From Dipteris shenzhenensis (Eukaryota): DNA of 64,000 nt. Each line of letters opens with the position of its first letter. Within the stretch, counting starts at the first letter, position 1. Of the stretch, positions 47,711 through 60,641 are shown one piece after another. Position numbers and translations under genes: made by a program. The stretch lies in NCBI GenBank assembly GCA_047967505.1, contig CM106538.1, one strand, 5' to 3'. The notes beneath the pieces are model-generated. The model saw nothing but the letters and a program-made list of their open reading frames with translations. It did not search any database and had not been told where the DNA came from.

Positions 47711-50700
47711 GAGGATGTAAATCAAGTAGATGCCAGTATGAGTGAATTAGAGTTAGGAGACTCAGAGGAAGAACTTCCTTTGGCCCAAAAACTGAGTAAT
47801 CCTATAGGACCTCCTGCCAAACCTCAAGCCACAACTCTGAATAAGAGAAGGATTTCCAAGTAAAGGGTTAGAGTGCCCCACCCAAAAGCCCAACACCCAA
47901 GGCTAAAAAGGGGAAGAGTAAAATAAACCATTCACTTTTCTCACAATGTTTGTGGATTAACTGACTCTTGGAGGAGTCAGGAATTAGCCAAGTGGCTGAG
48001 AGATAGTTCTCTGTCTCCTACATTTCTTATCTTACAAGAGGTGAAAGTAACAAATGTCACCCTGGATAATAGGTTAAAAAAGGTTGACATCATAAGAATT
48101 TGGCATTTCACAAGTCATGATGAAGGAAGGGGTGGCACTGCAATTGGGATATTGTCTCATGACAAGGACTGTGTCATCAGGTGCAGGCAGGACCCAAACC
48201 ACAAATGGCTTGCTTTAGAATGCAGAATGAAAATTTTTTATTTCACAGTTGTCTCAGTTTATGGTCCAATAGGCTCTATGGAAAGAAGAATCACTTGGGA
48301 TTTAATGCTGAATCTAGGAAGTGACTGTATTATTATTGGGACTTCAACATGGTTGAGAATATCAAAGACAGATGGATGCAGAAGGGATCAGTACTTAGGG
48401 GTTCTAAACAACAAATATAGGAAGATCTCAAAGAAAATTTGCAAGTGGTATACATCGGGACTCCCAGCATCTACACTTGGAGCAATAGACAGGTAAGTAA
48501 TTTGAGGAGAGAAGCCAGGCTAGATAGGGTGTATATTTCTCAATCTCTAATTGACCAAGCTCTAGAAGTCAAACAATCCACCTTTTCATCCCTCACCTTA
48601 TCAGACCACAAGCCAGTGTTAGCTTGTATTGATTTGGGGTGTGGGAAGAAAGGAGACTCTTGCTTTAAGGCCGATCCTTCCCTGTTTAAGCTTCAGACAG
48701 TTCAAAGACAACAAATTATAGAGAGTTGGCACTTGTCTTTTGTAGTAGCTGACTCCTTGTGTCAGGGTTGGAAGGATGCTATTGAAAGGGTCCAAACAAT
48801 CTTAAAGGAAGCCAAAAAAAATAGAGTAGCCATTAGAGCAAGAAGAATGGACAAGCTTAAGAAGAATATTGAAGGTCTTGAACAAAGAGCTAGAAGTAAT
48901 GATGTCAATACCCAACATCAATTATTGGTCAAAAGAAAAGAGGTCAGAGTACAAGAACAAATCAAGCTACATAATGCCAAGGTCTACTTTAGGGAATGGT
49001 GGGTAGGCAAGATAGACAATCCAACTAAGGAGAATTTCAAAAGGATTAGAAAAAAGAGGAATCATGACAAAATCCCTTGGTTGCAAAAGGAGGATGGGGA
49101 ATTGGTCAAATCAGAAATAGAAAATATGGAGATCATAGTCACTCACTTCAAAAACCTTTTAAGCACAGTGGAGTTAATAGACAACAAGGTCTTGGAGGCC
49201 AAAAATAGGTGCCATGTAGCCAAAAAATCCTATGTATCTAACCTAGACAAAAATCAGTTGGAAATTGACCTATCCCTTCAAGAACTTAAAGAGGAGGTGT
49301 TTGCAATGACTGATGGCAAAACACCTAGGGAAGATGGGCTACCTGTTGAATTCTACAAATTCTTTTGGGACATTGTTGGCCCCTCCTTACTGGCTGTTTG
49401 GAGGGAGAGTGTTAAACAGGGCCTACTCCCAAAGCATTTAAATGGAGGGGTAATTAAACTTATACCAAAGGAAGGGGACAGGACAGTCTTAAAATATTGG
49501 AGGCCCCTCACTATACTAAACTGTTCCTATAAGATATATGCTAAAGAAATTGCTTTGAGACTAAGACACAAGATGGACAAGTGGATTTTGGAGGAACATA
49601 AAGGATTCATCAAGAACATGCATCTATTAGAGGCAATCATCAAATTATGGGAAGGGTGCACTCATGTTGAAGAAAGAAATTAAGAGATCTGTCTTATTAA
49701 AATGGACTTTGATAAGGCATATGATAGGCTGAATTGGGGCCTTCTGCTACAGTCACTTAACAGCTTGGGATTGGGGAAGAAATTTACCTCCTATGTAGCT
49801 CTGCTAATATCAAATGCCTCTACAAAGGTGTGTGTGAATGGTGATATGTCTCAAAGCTTCATGTTGAGAAGGTCCATTATTTGCTATAGCTGTTGATGCC
49901 TTGGGATGGTTGATAAAAGAACTGGTGATTGCAGTAGAAATCAATGGTATAGAACTCCCCTCTAGAAAGCAACTGGTATACCAGCAAATTGCCAATGATA
50001 CTACCCTAACAATTAGAAACACAAATGTAGACATACAAAGAGCTATGGAATGTATGGATATATTCTGTAATGCATCTGGGTCAAAAATAAATCACTTCGA
50101 AATAGGTTATGCATTATTATTTGGTGACAACCTAAACCTTTTAGAATAGCTTGGATGCAAGAAGGTTCCCCATGGACAGATATTCAAGCTATTAGTTATC
50201 CCTATCAAATTCAATGTTAGGATGAAAGATAGATGGGAGTTCCTAGAAAAGTTCAAAAAGAAAATAGATAGTATCAGGGGATTGCATACATCAAAGCCCT
50301 AACTAATGGAATTTAGCATTTCATGTGATAGACTATCTTCTATACGATGGCAAGGGATAACCTTGAAGTATTGTTAGCCTTAAACAAGGCCAAGGCTTAC
50401 CTACCTCTTCTCTTCCCTTTGATCTCCATTGCCTTGACATCCTTCTCTTTCCTTACTTTGCCCTTTCATCCTCGTTTACCTATTTCATTGTAGTCTCTTT
50501 GCCTAATTTTCTTTATCCATCCATGGAATACCATTATGGGGTCTGCTACCTTTGTGAACATTCTCTTTAGCATCATCATGCCACCCACGCTCGCTGTCTT
50601 CCTCAAATTTGGGTGTGTGCCCATTTCATTCAGGTAGGCCTCATGAATGATATATATAATTCACCTTGTTTGGAATATTACAATTTTTACCATTAAGAAA

Positions 50701-51829
50701 AAGTTTATTTTTTGGCTCATTTTATGAGTCAACGTTTGCTTGGGTGTAGCCAATCGTGCAACTATTTTTTAGGCCATTTTGGGGCCGTGACTCGATACGC
50801 TTTTGGGTGAATATTTGAATTTTGCACGGACCTGCGCTCTTGCCGAAAATTTTCCTGACGTCATGAACACACACTGGTGTAATAATGAGACACAATATTG
50901 TCATGGTCAATAGCACAGCGCTCAACGCATGGCACTATATGCATTTACTCATGAGCACAGAGACTATTGCTCTGCCTCGACTACATCACGCAGCCTTTGC
51001 CTTACCATGTTTGCTTGCGTAGCTTCACCATCTGTCACTATGCAAGACAATCTTTTGTTCCACTAGCCACCGTGCTGGTTCAAGCACAGCCCTGTTGGCC
51101 TAACAATAGCACAAAACTTTTTCCTTGCTACCTATCATCATGCACCTTCGCCAACTATCGCTGCGCAACACAATCTTTTACTCCGCTGACCACCGTGTTG
51201 GTTCAAGCAATGATGTTGGCATGGAGGGACCACCACATTGGCATGAAGACCACTGTGGTAGACCACTGTGGCATGTCAATCTCTAATGCCACCCCTCAAG
51301 GTCCATATCCGCAACCGCCGCATTGGATGTCAGAGCTATTTTAGTTCTAAACCAAGGAAAATAGTGTTATTTTAGAGATATTTTAGTCGTATTACTCCTT
51401 ATGCAACAATTTCTCAACACCGCACACATTCTTGGAGATATTTTAGTTCCAAGCTAAGGAAAATGTAGCATTTACAATTTAGTATAGTTTCCTTGCAACC
51501 ATCGCACTAGTTATTGGAGTTATCATAGTTCTAAGGCACCACTTTGGTTATTGGAACCATTTTCGCTACAGTAAGAATGGCTTTTTCGACAATTTCTTGT
51601 GCAACGATCCCTATGGTTGCAGTAAAATGTAAACGAGGGCAGAAATATGCCATTTGTTCTTCATTAGAGCCACTTTTTTTTTTTTGGGGCATAAAAAGTT
51701 TTGGTTATATTAGGAAATCATCATCATAAGTATTTACATGTTCTTTGGTAAAGAACAACCAGCCCCCATGGGGAGAGTTTCATCAAAACATTTCTGAGTA
51801 AAACATAAACAATAGCAACAAAATCAAAA

Positions 51830-52400
51830 GAGAGGGACATAGGAGTCCTTAATGTCATTTGTATTGTCATCATTGAAGTAATCAGAGTAATTGAAACTCT
51901 CTGAATCTCCAAAGCTATTAGTGTCATTTGCCTGGGCTTCACAAGGTGAGTCTGGTTCTTTTTTTACCTTTGTGGAGGGTACCTGATTAAGAAACTCGGT
52001 GATCTCAGCAGGGAATTCAAAGGGTGTGGAATTATCAATCCCAAAGCAGCTTTGAGTGTGTTCGTATAAGTCAGCATTGAAGATGGCAACCTCCGCTTGG
52101 AAAGTGTGGATCAGTTCTATGATTTTCTTCTGGTCCTGTTCAGCCAGTTAACAAACAGTAAGTTAGCTTGCAAAATAACTTGATTAAACTGAAGATTTTC
52201 TTGGTTACCCATATAAACCAAAGTGCAGGTGCTCTCAAGGGTGACCAGGTGTCGTGTTTTGTCCTTGAAGAGTCTCCAAGCAAGATGGCCTTCCAATTCA
52301 CTTGCTCCCTATCTCTAGTTGGACTATTTTCCATACCTTTCTGGTCACTGGAGAAGCCACAAAGAGATGGAAGATATCTTCATTAGTAGAGGGACAATTC
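51830..52400 (-). mobile_element. LINE 3'-end fragment
   Basis: Minus strand EDIFHLFV...RKVW and WKAILLG...LRAPALWFIW, typical of a LINE ORF2 C-terminus. Confidence 0.5.
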
Positions 52401-53584
52401 ATACATTTACCATTACCCTTTCCAATCCTGAGTCCTCTGATATTGGTCCACACAGCTTTATGCAATTAGAGCCACTTTCACTACTAAAGTAACAGCCAAC
52501 AATAGTTTGGTGATAATGGTACCACATTGAAATTGAAACAAAAGAAATTACATTCGAGATTTTTTGCGATAATAGTATTACATCAAAATTGAAACAAAAT
52601 AAATTACATCTAAAGCAAACATTTAACAAAACAGATTACATACAAAGATGCTAGCACTTTGTTTTTGTGGCACTTCTTTAAGCACTTGTCAACACCACCA
52701 CTTTGGCAGGACTAGGTGTCACGTTTTGCCCTTGTTAGCACTTTCTTACACTTTTGACATGGTGCCTTGTATGCAGGGGTATTACGAGCACCTCATAGTG
52801 CTATCGTAGAGGTAGGACTTTCTTAAAATTTTGACCTGGAACTCCTCGTATGTAGGGGACAATACAAGCACCTCGTAATTAAAATAACCTTTTTCATAGC
52901 AACTTCAGAAGTCAAGGCATTGGAAAAGGGAACTCAACTTGGAGGTGAGCTCAATCGAGCACAACATTTGACAGTATGGTGGTGAGCTCTAGCACACTGA
53001 CGCATGCTCTTAGTGCATTAGAGCTGATCACCAAGTTGAGTTCCTTCCCTAGTATAGAAGGTTGTGCACAATTACGAGAGGCTCAACACCAAGTTGAGTT
53101 CTCTCCCAGTGCCTCACGGAACAATGATGACCCATTTCCCTTAGCTCCCCATCCTACAACATGGTTGGTCATGAAGTTTTTATTTCAAGTCTTTCAAGGA
53201 ATTGCCTTTGTCATAGCAACTTCTTTCTTGAGGCACTGGTGGGGTTATCAAAGAATTGCTTCTTTCAAGGCACCACTAGTAGAGAGAACTCAATGACAAC
53301 ACATTTCCCTTGTCCCCATCTTGCAACTCCCTTGGTCATGGCTATGGCTGGTGGAGTGTTGTAGGATGGAGAGCCAAGGCAAACAATGGATCCCATCACT
53401 TGGGAAGCATTATGAAGGGGCATCGAGGTTGTAGCAGAAGATTCATCATAGGGGTAGAAGGAGGCTTGGAGAGAGCATGGAAGGGGTATGAGAGAAATTT
53501 TCCTAAGTGCGATGAATTGTTTATTTGCCCTTAAGGACTTTATATAGCTAGACTTGCCACCCTCCCACTCTTTTCCCCTTTGTT

Positions 53585-54403
53585 TCTTGTGTCAATTGTG
53601 TGACTCTGGGTGCCTATCACTACTAAGAGCACACAATCCACACTAGCTGGATTTCGCTGGTAGCCCCGCCTAGCGTAGGCAATCATCTACATCCTCGTCT
53701 AGCCATGACGTGTGATTAGGTGGTTGCCATGCTAGAATTTCTTGGTCAACGGAGCCAAGATCTTGTGTCAGTTGTGCGACTTTGGGTGCCTATCACTGCT
53801 AAGAGCACACAATCCACCAGCTGGATTTTGTTGGTAGCCCAACTTAGCATAGATAGTCATGTACACATCTAGCCATCACGTGCGATTAGATGGTTGCCAT
53901 GCTAGAATTTCTTGGTCATCGGAGCCAAGATCATGATAATTCAATAGGATGAGGGGGAAGGAGTGGTGGCACATACACCTAGCTTTGCTGGTAGCCCAGC
54001 CTAGTGTAGGCAGTCATATACATCATCGACTCGCCATAACGTGCAATTAGATGGTTGCCGTGGGAGAATTTCTTGGTCATCAGAGCCAAGATCATATAAA
54101 TTCAATGGGATGAGGGGGGAGGAGTGGTGGCACATACACTTAGCTTTGCTGGTAGCCCAACCTAGCGTAGGCGGTCATATACATCATCGGCTAGCCATGA
54201 CGTGCGATTAGATGGTCGCCATGGGAGAATTTCTCGGTCATTGGAGCCAAGATCATTATAATTCAATGGGATGATGGGGGAGGAGCGGTGGCACATACAC
54301 CCAACGTTGCTGATAGCCTAGCCTAGCATAGGTGGTCATATACATCATCATCTAGCCATGATGTGCGATTAGATGGTTGCCATGGGAGAATTTCTTGGTC
54401 ATC
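53585..54403. repeat. Tandem satellite-like array, ~160-175-bp unit x5
   Basis: gccatgacgtgcgattagatggttgccatg..agaatttcttggtca recurs at ~53700, 53870, 54033, 54192 and 54353. Confidence 0.9.
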
Positions 54404-54560
54404 GAAAAATGCTAATCTAGGTGGCCTGTGAACTAGATGGCCCCTCATGCAAAGTCATTGTTATTACAGTCAATTGAAGAAAGGAAAGATTAAAATACGA
54501 CATCAGATTAGCATTGAGTCGGTTCATCAGGCTATAATAACAACAATAGTTCTCATTGTA

Positions 54561-56429
54561 AACTATTATTATTACAACCTGATACACTGACTGAATGCTA
54601 ATCTAAGCTTGTGAACTCGATGGTCCCCCATGCAAAGTCATTGATATTACAGCTTGACAATGCTAATTTGAGCCTATGAATTAGATGGTCCCTCATGCAC
54701 AACCATGTTATTATAATTTGATTCTGACAATGCTAATATGAACCTATGAATTAGTCGGTCCCTCATGCACGATCATTGTTACTAAAACAAGCTCGATGGC
54801 TGTTTGGGATTAGTATACTATTTGGGATTTATTGATTGGGATTTATTGAAACAAGCATGGTGGTTGTTTGGGATTTACTAAAGATTATATTTTGTGGGGG
54901 TTGCAGTTAATCCTAAGCCAACAAAAATGCATTTCGTTGCCAGTGCCTATCTCCTCTAGCTAGTGCCTACCTCCTCTAGCCTTAACTATCATACAACTAA
55001 CCTATCATATTCATCAATGTAATGTGTGGGGAATCTATCGGTACATGGTACTTCAAAGATGGAAAACATCTCACTGGATTACATCATTGAGCATGTCAAG
55101 ATGCCTTGATTTGATAGATTAGAATATGTGAACAATTACATCTTAGATAGCAGGAGAGCAAACTAGTTTAAAAACCCGATAGGTCTCAAGTGAAGGAATA
55201 GCGGAGGAACAGAGATGGAAAGCCACAGAGGCAATGACATTTTTCTTGCCACTTGTCTTGAGCTTGATGAAGCCATTTCGCAAGGGGTCCCTCGACAACC
55301 CAAGATTATCGTAGATGAGATTGATTGCTTGGAGAAGGAACATAGAATTCCTAAGAGTGTCATTCACAAAATGGTCGTATTGCATGAGGAGCTGTGGGAA
55401 TGCCTTCAATACTATAAGAACCCACAGTTTGCGAAGTATGTTGTTGAAGGCTTCCACTGTGCGAAATGTCGAGCCTACGTCCTAGAATCCTTGCGTAAAT
55501 ATAAAGTCCTTCAAAGATCTTAGACTTTTGTAATCTTGGATATATATTACCCAAGACTTTTTTAGGGGCTGACCACCCCTCTAATACAGTCAGCTTTTCA
55601 ACAATCGAACTTGAGTTAAGTAGTAAATTGTCTTCTTTGAAAAAAAAAAAGTAAATTGTCTTTGTCTTTATTTATACTTAGATACGATGGTGGTCTCTTT
55701 TCAAAATGTAGAAGAGTAAAACTTGGTTGTATACTACCTGGGTATATAACTTTAGGGACTGACTATACATTTGGCTTTTCTATATAACTTGAGTTTTAAA
55801 GCAATAATTTGCCATTTATACATCCTTGGATATGATTGCTTCACTTAGCTAGACCTTATAATTTGAAAATGTTGCATTTAGTTGGATTCGAAGGTTCTAT
55901 TTTCTTATGATTGCTTCACTCATGACATGCGATTACATGGTAATTCTAACCATGTGATGTGTTCTTATAGTCTATCTCAACTTAATGCTAGTTGTCATTT
56001 TAAACTATTGTTATTACAGCCTGATAAATAGACTGAATGCGAATTTAAGCTTGTGAACTAGATGCAAAGTCATTATTATTACAGTCTGATTCTAAGCTCA
56101 ATGCTAATCTAAGCCTGTGAATTAGATGGTCCCTCTTGCATAGTCATTGTTATTGCAATCTGATTCTGACTAAATGCTAATCTGAACCTATGAATTAGAT
56201 GGTCCCTCATGCATAGTCATTGTCACTAAGTGTTTGGGATTAGTATACTATTTGGGATTTACATTTTTTCCCCTTGTTTGGGATTTATTGAAACAAGCAT
56301 AGTGGTTGTTTGGGATTTACTAAAGGTTATATTTTTTGGGGGTTACAGGTAATCCTAAACCAACAAAAATGCATTTCATTGCCAGTGCCTACCTCCTCTG
56401 GCTAGTGCCTACCTCCTCTAGCCTTAACT
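54561..56429. repeat. ~430-bp direct repeats (54561-54988, 56002-56429), built from ~60-70-bp subrepeats, flanking a 1-kb spacer
   Basis: Both start aactatt(a/g)ttattaca and end gcctacctcctctagccttaact. Confidence 0.85.
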
Positions 56430-56930
56430 GGTGTTTAAGCTAACCCAATCATGATTGCATGATGTTCCAACCATCGAGCTGGTTTAGGACAATCACATTA
56501 ATTCAAAGCCAGCCTGGCTCTGGCGTTTGAGCTGAACCAGCCACACGATTGCATGATATTCCAACCACCGGGCTGGTTTAGGACCATCACATAACCTCCA
56601 CATAACTGGTGTTTGAGCTGACCCAACCACGATTGCAGGATGTTTCAACCACCGAGCTGGTTTAGGACAATCACATTAAGTCCAAGCCAGTCTGGTTCTG
56701 GTGTTTGAGCTGAACCAGCCACACGGTTGCATGATATTCCAAGCACACGGCTGGTTTAGGACAATCACATTAAGTCCAGGCCAACCTAGTAAACTATCCC
56801 AAAGCTCAAATCACAAACAACCACCGGGCTGGTTTAGGCAACCACTAACCTATGTTGTATCAAGAAATGAAACAAGTAAACTATCCCAAAGCTCAATCAC
56901 AAGCAACCACTGGGATGGTTTAGGCGACCA
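56430..56930. repeat. Tandem ~85-95-bp repeats
   Basis: gg(t/c)gttt(g/a)agct...gattgca...gctggtttaggac at ~56430, 56522, 56608 and 56700, plus shorter derivatives. Confidence 0.8.
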
Positions 56931-58146
56931 TTGACCTTCGTTGCATCAAGCGTGTGTATGATGTGCTCGTCAAACATCTTGTATCCCGTTTGCTTTCTAC
57001 AGATGTCCTTGTTATTTGGAGAAACTCTTGAGAGATGCACGAAGAGTGGAAGCAATGCCTGATCATCCCGATCCGAGTAGTTTATGGGCTTCAACAGAAC
57101 GCAAGAAAAGGAGAGACAGCCTAAGTACAGAAGTCATTGCAATAGTGGTGACGTTTTGGCATAAAAATACAAGGTGTTGGTAGGGTTCACTCTATGAACT
57201 TTAGAGTGCAAGCTAAAGCTTGTGAAGACTCGAGAATGATATTTACCTAAATGGCCTAATGTTGCTTCCTTGAATGCTACCACCAATCATGACATCACAG
57301 CTCGTTTTCTTCGCTCTGATGGCAATGATCGAATGCGTGCATCTGCAACAACTGCTTCCTGCTGCTGCTCTGCAAGGAGTCTTTTGTTCCTTGTGCCTTG
57401 ACCAAGCTTTTCAGCTTTTCTATCTCACAACCTATGTTTGCTTCTCTTGTAAGCCATGGCGAGCTGCATGTTGCCATGGCAACGATCAATGAAAGACGAC
57501 AATGCTAAACCAAAATAGAGGGAAGCTAGCTGGTGAGGCAAGCAAAGAATTATTGTGTTGATATGGGTCTAGAGGAGGCTTTATTGTATTGACTTCAAGA
57601 TTTTTCATGAAGAAAGGATTGTTAAAAAGCTTTATAAATAGCAAGAAATGTTGAGAAGAACATGTTTTTGCTTAAGGGGTGTTATGACACCTCTAGTACC
57701 CACTCATGTAGTCTTTTGAAACTCTTTTTTATATGCATGAGTAGGAGCTTGAAATATTATGGAGCTTTGCTTCAAATAGATGTTTGGCTCCAACAACATA
57801 TAAAGTGTCTAAAAATGTCAAGGACAAGGAGCCATCAACATCTCCATTCAAGATTCACTTAGTCTTTTGCACCCATAAAGTTTGACTTTTAAAATCTTCC
57901 TAATTTTATTTATATAAGCTTTAAATTTGAAAAGTTTGGGCTTGCTTAAGCAATGAGAAGAGTATTAACTCATTCTACAAAAGGCGAAGGACTTTTAGTC
58001 CAAATCAAAAACTCACACCAGTTTTGGGAAGATCCCAAATTGCTGAGGACGGTACACAATGCCATACAAAGTACAAGAAGCTGTGCCTTATTGAAGACAC
58101 GCACGATATCATAATACAAACTGTAGGAACACTATAAACTGAGAAG

Positions 58147-59694
58147 TTAGAACCAAGAGGAGAGCGCATTTGTATCGTCCTCCAAATCCATAATCGCAAC
58201 GTAATCCTCTTCCTTGAAGAGATCTGCAACATCCGCTAGCTCCACCACACTCTCTTGCGGCAGCCCTCCAAGATCAAAGAAGCTTAAGCTTCCGAATTCG
58301 ATGTCGAAATCGTCTGGCATCAATTCGGAATTGAGTTCCATGGTTTCTTGTTGCGTCTCCATTAATGGAGCGATTGCATCGTCACAAAGTTGTGCAATCC
58401 CAGGTTGAAACACATTGCCGGAGATAGAGAGAGAATCTGACCGCTGGTCTAATAGCCAATCCAAGGAAGAAGGTGGGTCTCTTTCCATGGAATCTGAGCC
58501 TTCGCAGGGTGCAGAAGAGGCTTCTAGGAAAAGGCACCTTCGCTCTGGGCATGAGGACACTTCTTTAGAGGTTGCACAATCCAGAAACTCAAGGGAGCTT
58601 GTAAGATCGAGACTGCTGGAAAGAGAGCAAGCTCCAGGTGATCCAGGGGATCCGGAGGTCAAGTGATTGATCAAAACAGAAGAAGGTGAAGAGACAGACA
58701 GAATTTCTTTGGGCTCGAAATACTGCGGCACTTCGAAGAAGCTCATGGGCGCACCACTTGATTCGCAGCAATCTACTAAGCTTAGCTTCGATGTGGAATC
58801 TTTATAGCCATGATCTGATTCACAGCAATCGATGGACTTTAGCTTCGACGAGGAAGCTTTGATTGCTTCACTCGAATGACCAACATCTTCAACTTCACAG
58901 TAGCTTTCAAGTGACGGCGCAGTCTTTCTGTTTAAAACCTTTTGAAACTTCCCCCGACTGCGATCTTGAAACAGGGCAGAAAAATTAGTAAGAGCTTGAG
59001 GGCCTCTAATTCTCTTGGCTGCTTTGTCATAGGCACGCGCAGCTTCTTCTGCTGTATCATAGGTACCCAGCCACAATCGGACACCCTTTGAGGGATCTCT
59101 GATTTCGGCAGCCCATTTTCCCCACGGCCTCTGCCTCACACCCCGAAATTTCTGAGCTCTCTGTCGTTCTTGAGAGCTCCTCACACTTGTAGGAGGAGGC
59201 GGCAAAGACTTCCTAGCTACCTTGCCCGGTACTGGGCTGCCTCTCACAGTCCTAGCTTCTTTCTTTGTGTACAATTTGTTACTTTTCTTCCACAGAGGTG
59301 CACTTTTAGTCAGCCCAACAGAGTTCCTCTGGAAGTCACTGACGTGTTGGTCCGAATGTTCAGCTTCCTCTTTCAGATTACTCTCAGCTGCAGCGTCAAT
59401 ATCGTCTCCGATGCTGGGAGAATAAAAATCGGGATCAATGTAAATGTCCTGAATTTGTCTTTTGATATGAACGTTGCAGGACCCGACTTCTTCATCGCTG
59501 GAGGATTCCGTAGCATCTGGATCAGTGCATATCACTCGTACCCTCTTCGGCCGAACCCTGGATCTTGAAGGACTTAACTCATCCTCGGAATCCGAGAAGA
59601 AATATTTCTCAGCTATGCGTTGAGTCCTCTTGAGCGCGCCTGATGTTTTCGCATAAGGTCGTGCTGATTTGGGACACTTTTGAGGCCCTGGCAT
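58147..59694 (-). CDS. CRF: AP2/ERF transcription factor of the cytokinin response factor (CRF) type, intronless, 515 aa
   Basis: First ATG 59694 (MPGPQK); CRF domain [21 protein letters not shown]2 domain [20 protein letters not shown]...[17 protein letters not shown]...ALTNF; SPSSVL motif. Confidence 0.93.
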   Translation of the reverse strand: MPGPQKCPKSARPYAKTSGALKRTQRIAEKYFFSDSEDELSPSRSRVRPKRVRVICTDPDATESSSDEEVGSCNVHIKRQIQDIYIDPDFYSPSIGDDIDAAAESNLKEEAEHSDQHVSDFQRNSVGLTKSAPLWKKSNKLYTKKEARTVRGSPVPGKVARKSLPPPPTSVRSSQERQRAQKFRGVRQRPWGKWAAEIRDPSKGVRLWLGTYDTAEEAARAYDKAAKRIRGPQALTNFSALFQDRSRGKFQKVLNRKTAPSLESYCEVEDVGHSSEAIKASSSKLKSIDCCESDHGYKDSTSKLSLVDCCESSGAPMSFFEVPQYFEPKEILSVSSPSSVLINHLTSGSPGSPGACSLSSSLDLTSSLEFLDCATSKEVSSCPERRCLFLEASSAPCEGSDSMERDPPSSLDWLLDQRSDSLSISGNVFQPGIAQLCDDAIAPLMETQQETMELNSELMPDDFDIEFGSLSFFDLGGLPQESVVELADVADLFKEEDYVAIMDLEDDTNALSSWF

Positions 59695-60585
59695 CTTTGG
59701 AGAAGTGGAAAAAACCACCAAGGTTCCACAATATTTCGAAAACGCCGAGGGCAATGGTGAGGCTTTCTTTTCAAGACGGTTTGCACGCTGCAAGGCGTAA
59801 ACTAGCTAGCCTGAAGTAGTGCACTAGTGGTATCTCCTTGCAGGTCATAGGAAGCAATACCCAGGAGTGACAGTGAGAACGCAAGAACGGAAGGGAAGGA
59901 CGTATACGTACTGCAGCTACGGAGGGGAATGACAATTTGCAGATCCGAGGTTTGCCAAAAAGGGTACCAGAAGGCAGCTACGCAGGGAATGACAACTTGC
60001 AGATCAGAGAATGGAAAAAGGGTACCAGAAGGCAGACATTTGCAACATGAGGGCAATAGAGGGTGAAAGCTCATGCGAGCGGGGGAAGCAAGCAAAAACT
60101 GCTGTCGCGGAGGCCTTAATTTCCTCGTGCGACTACACTGATCAGAAATCAGAGACAACTGCAAGGGCGGGTGCCGCCGGGGAGGGAAGGGAAGTTCCAA
60201 TATATGAAATGCAAGAAGGGGTGGGGGGCGTTGCGGGACGATTGGGGAGCTCGTCACGAGCGGGCAGCTGCACGTTGAGGCGAAGGAAAGGGCGCGTGTG
60301 TGTATGGGACGAGGCGGGGCAAAGAGAGACGAGGAAGGTACAAAAACAGATCAGTGGTGTCCGTTTAATCAAGAGCAAGAGAGGGTGCGTGCGTGCAGGG
60401 AGGCAACGAAAGCAAGCATGATGATGGGAAGGTGAGATAGGCGGAGAGGAGGCAGCGGCGGCAGCAACTGCAAGGAAAAGAAACGTGGAGATGGAGGGGA
60501 GATGATGGGAGAGGAAGAAGAAGATGGAAAGACGAAGAGGAGGAGGAGGAGAAGGGAGGGTATGGCGATGGCTAGCTATGGCGAT

Positions 60586-60641
60586 CTTCTTCTTCTTCTT
60601 CTTCTTCTTCTTGTTATCGTAGTGTTGTTGTTGTTGTTGTT
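60586..60641. repeat. (CTT)n and (GTT)n microsatellites upstream of the CRF gene
   Basis: Seen directly in the sequence. Confidence 0.9.

Larger units (their letters stand above)
37900..50300 (+). mobile_element. Decayed L1-type LINE (ORF1 + ORF2) interrupted in ORF1 by the 38376-47710 transposon
   Basis: ORF1-like FYIEIDLAMEL (~37973) and TNNTFEAL (~38268). ORF2 endonuclease SHNVCGL, LQEVK, RLDR, SDHKP; RT WRPLTILNCSYKI and DFDKAYDR (ORFs 48041-50149). Boundaries approximate. Confidence 0.88.

Noticed and set aside
53585-56930. CRISPR-like arrays
   Set aside because: Units are long and degenerate with no unique spacers; eukaryotic context and no cas genes.
59695-59793. N-terminal extension of the CRF ORF in the track (548 aa)
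   Set aside because: It begins at TTG; the first ATG is at 59694.
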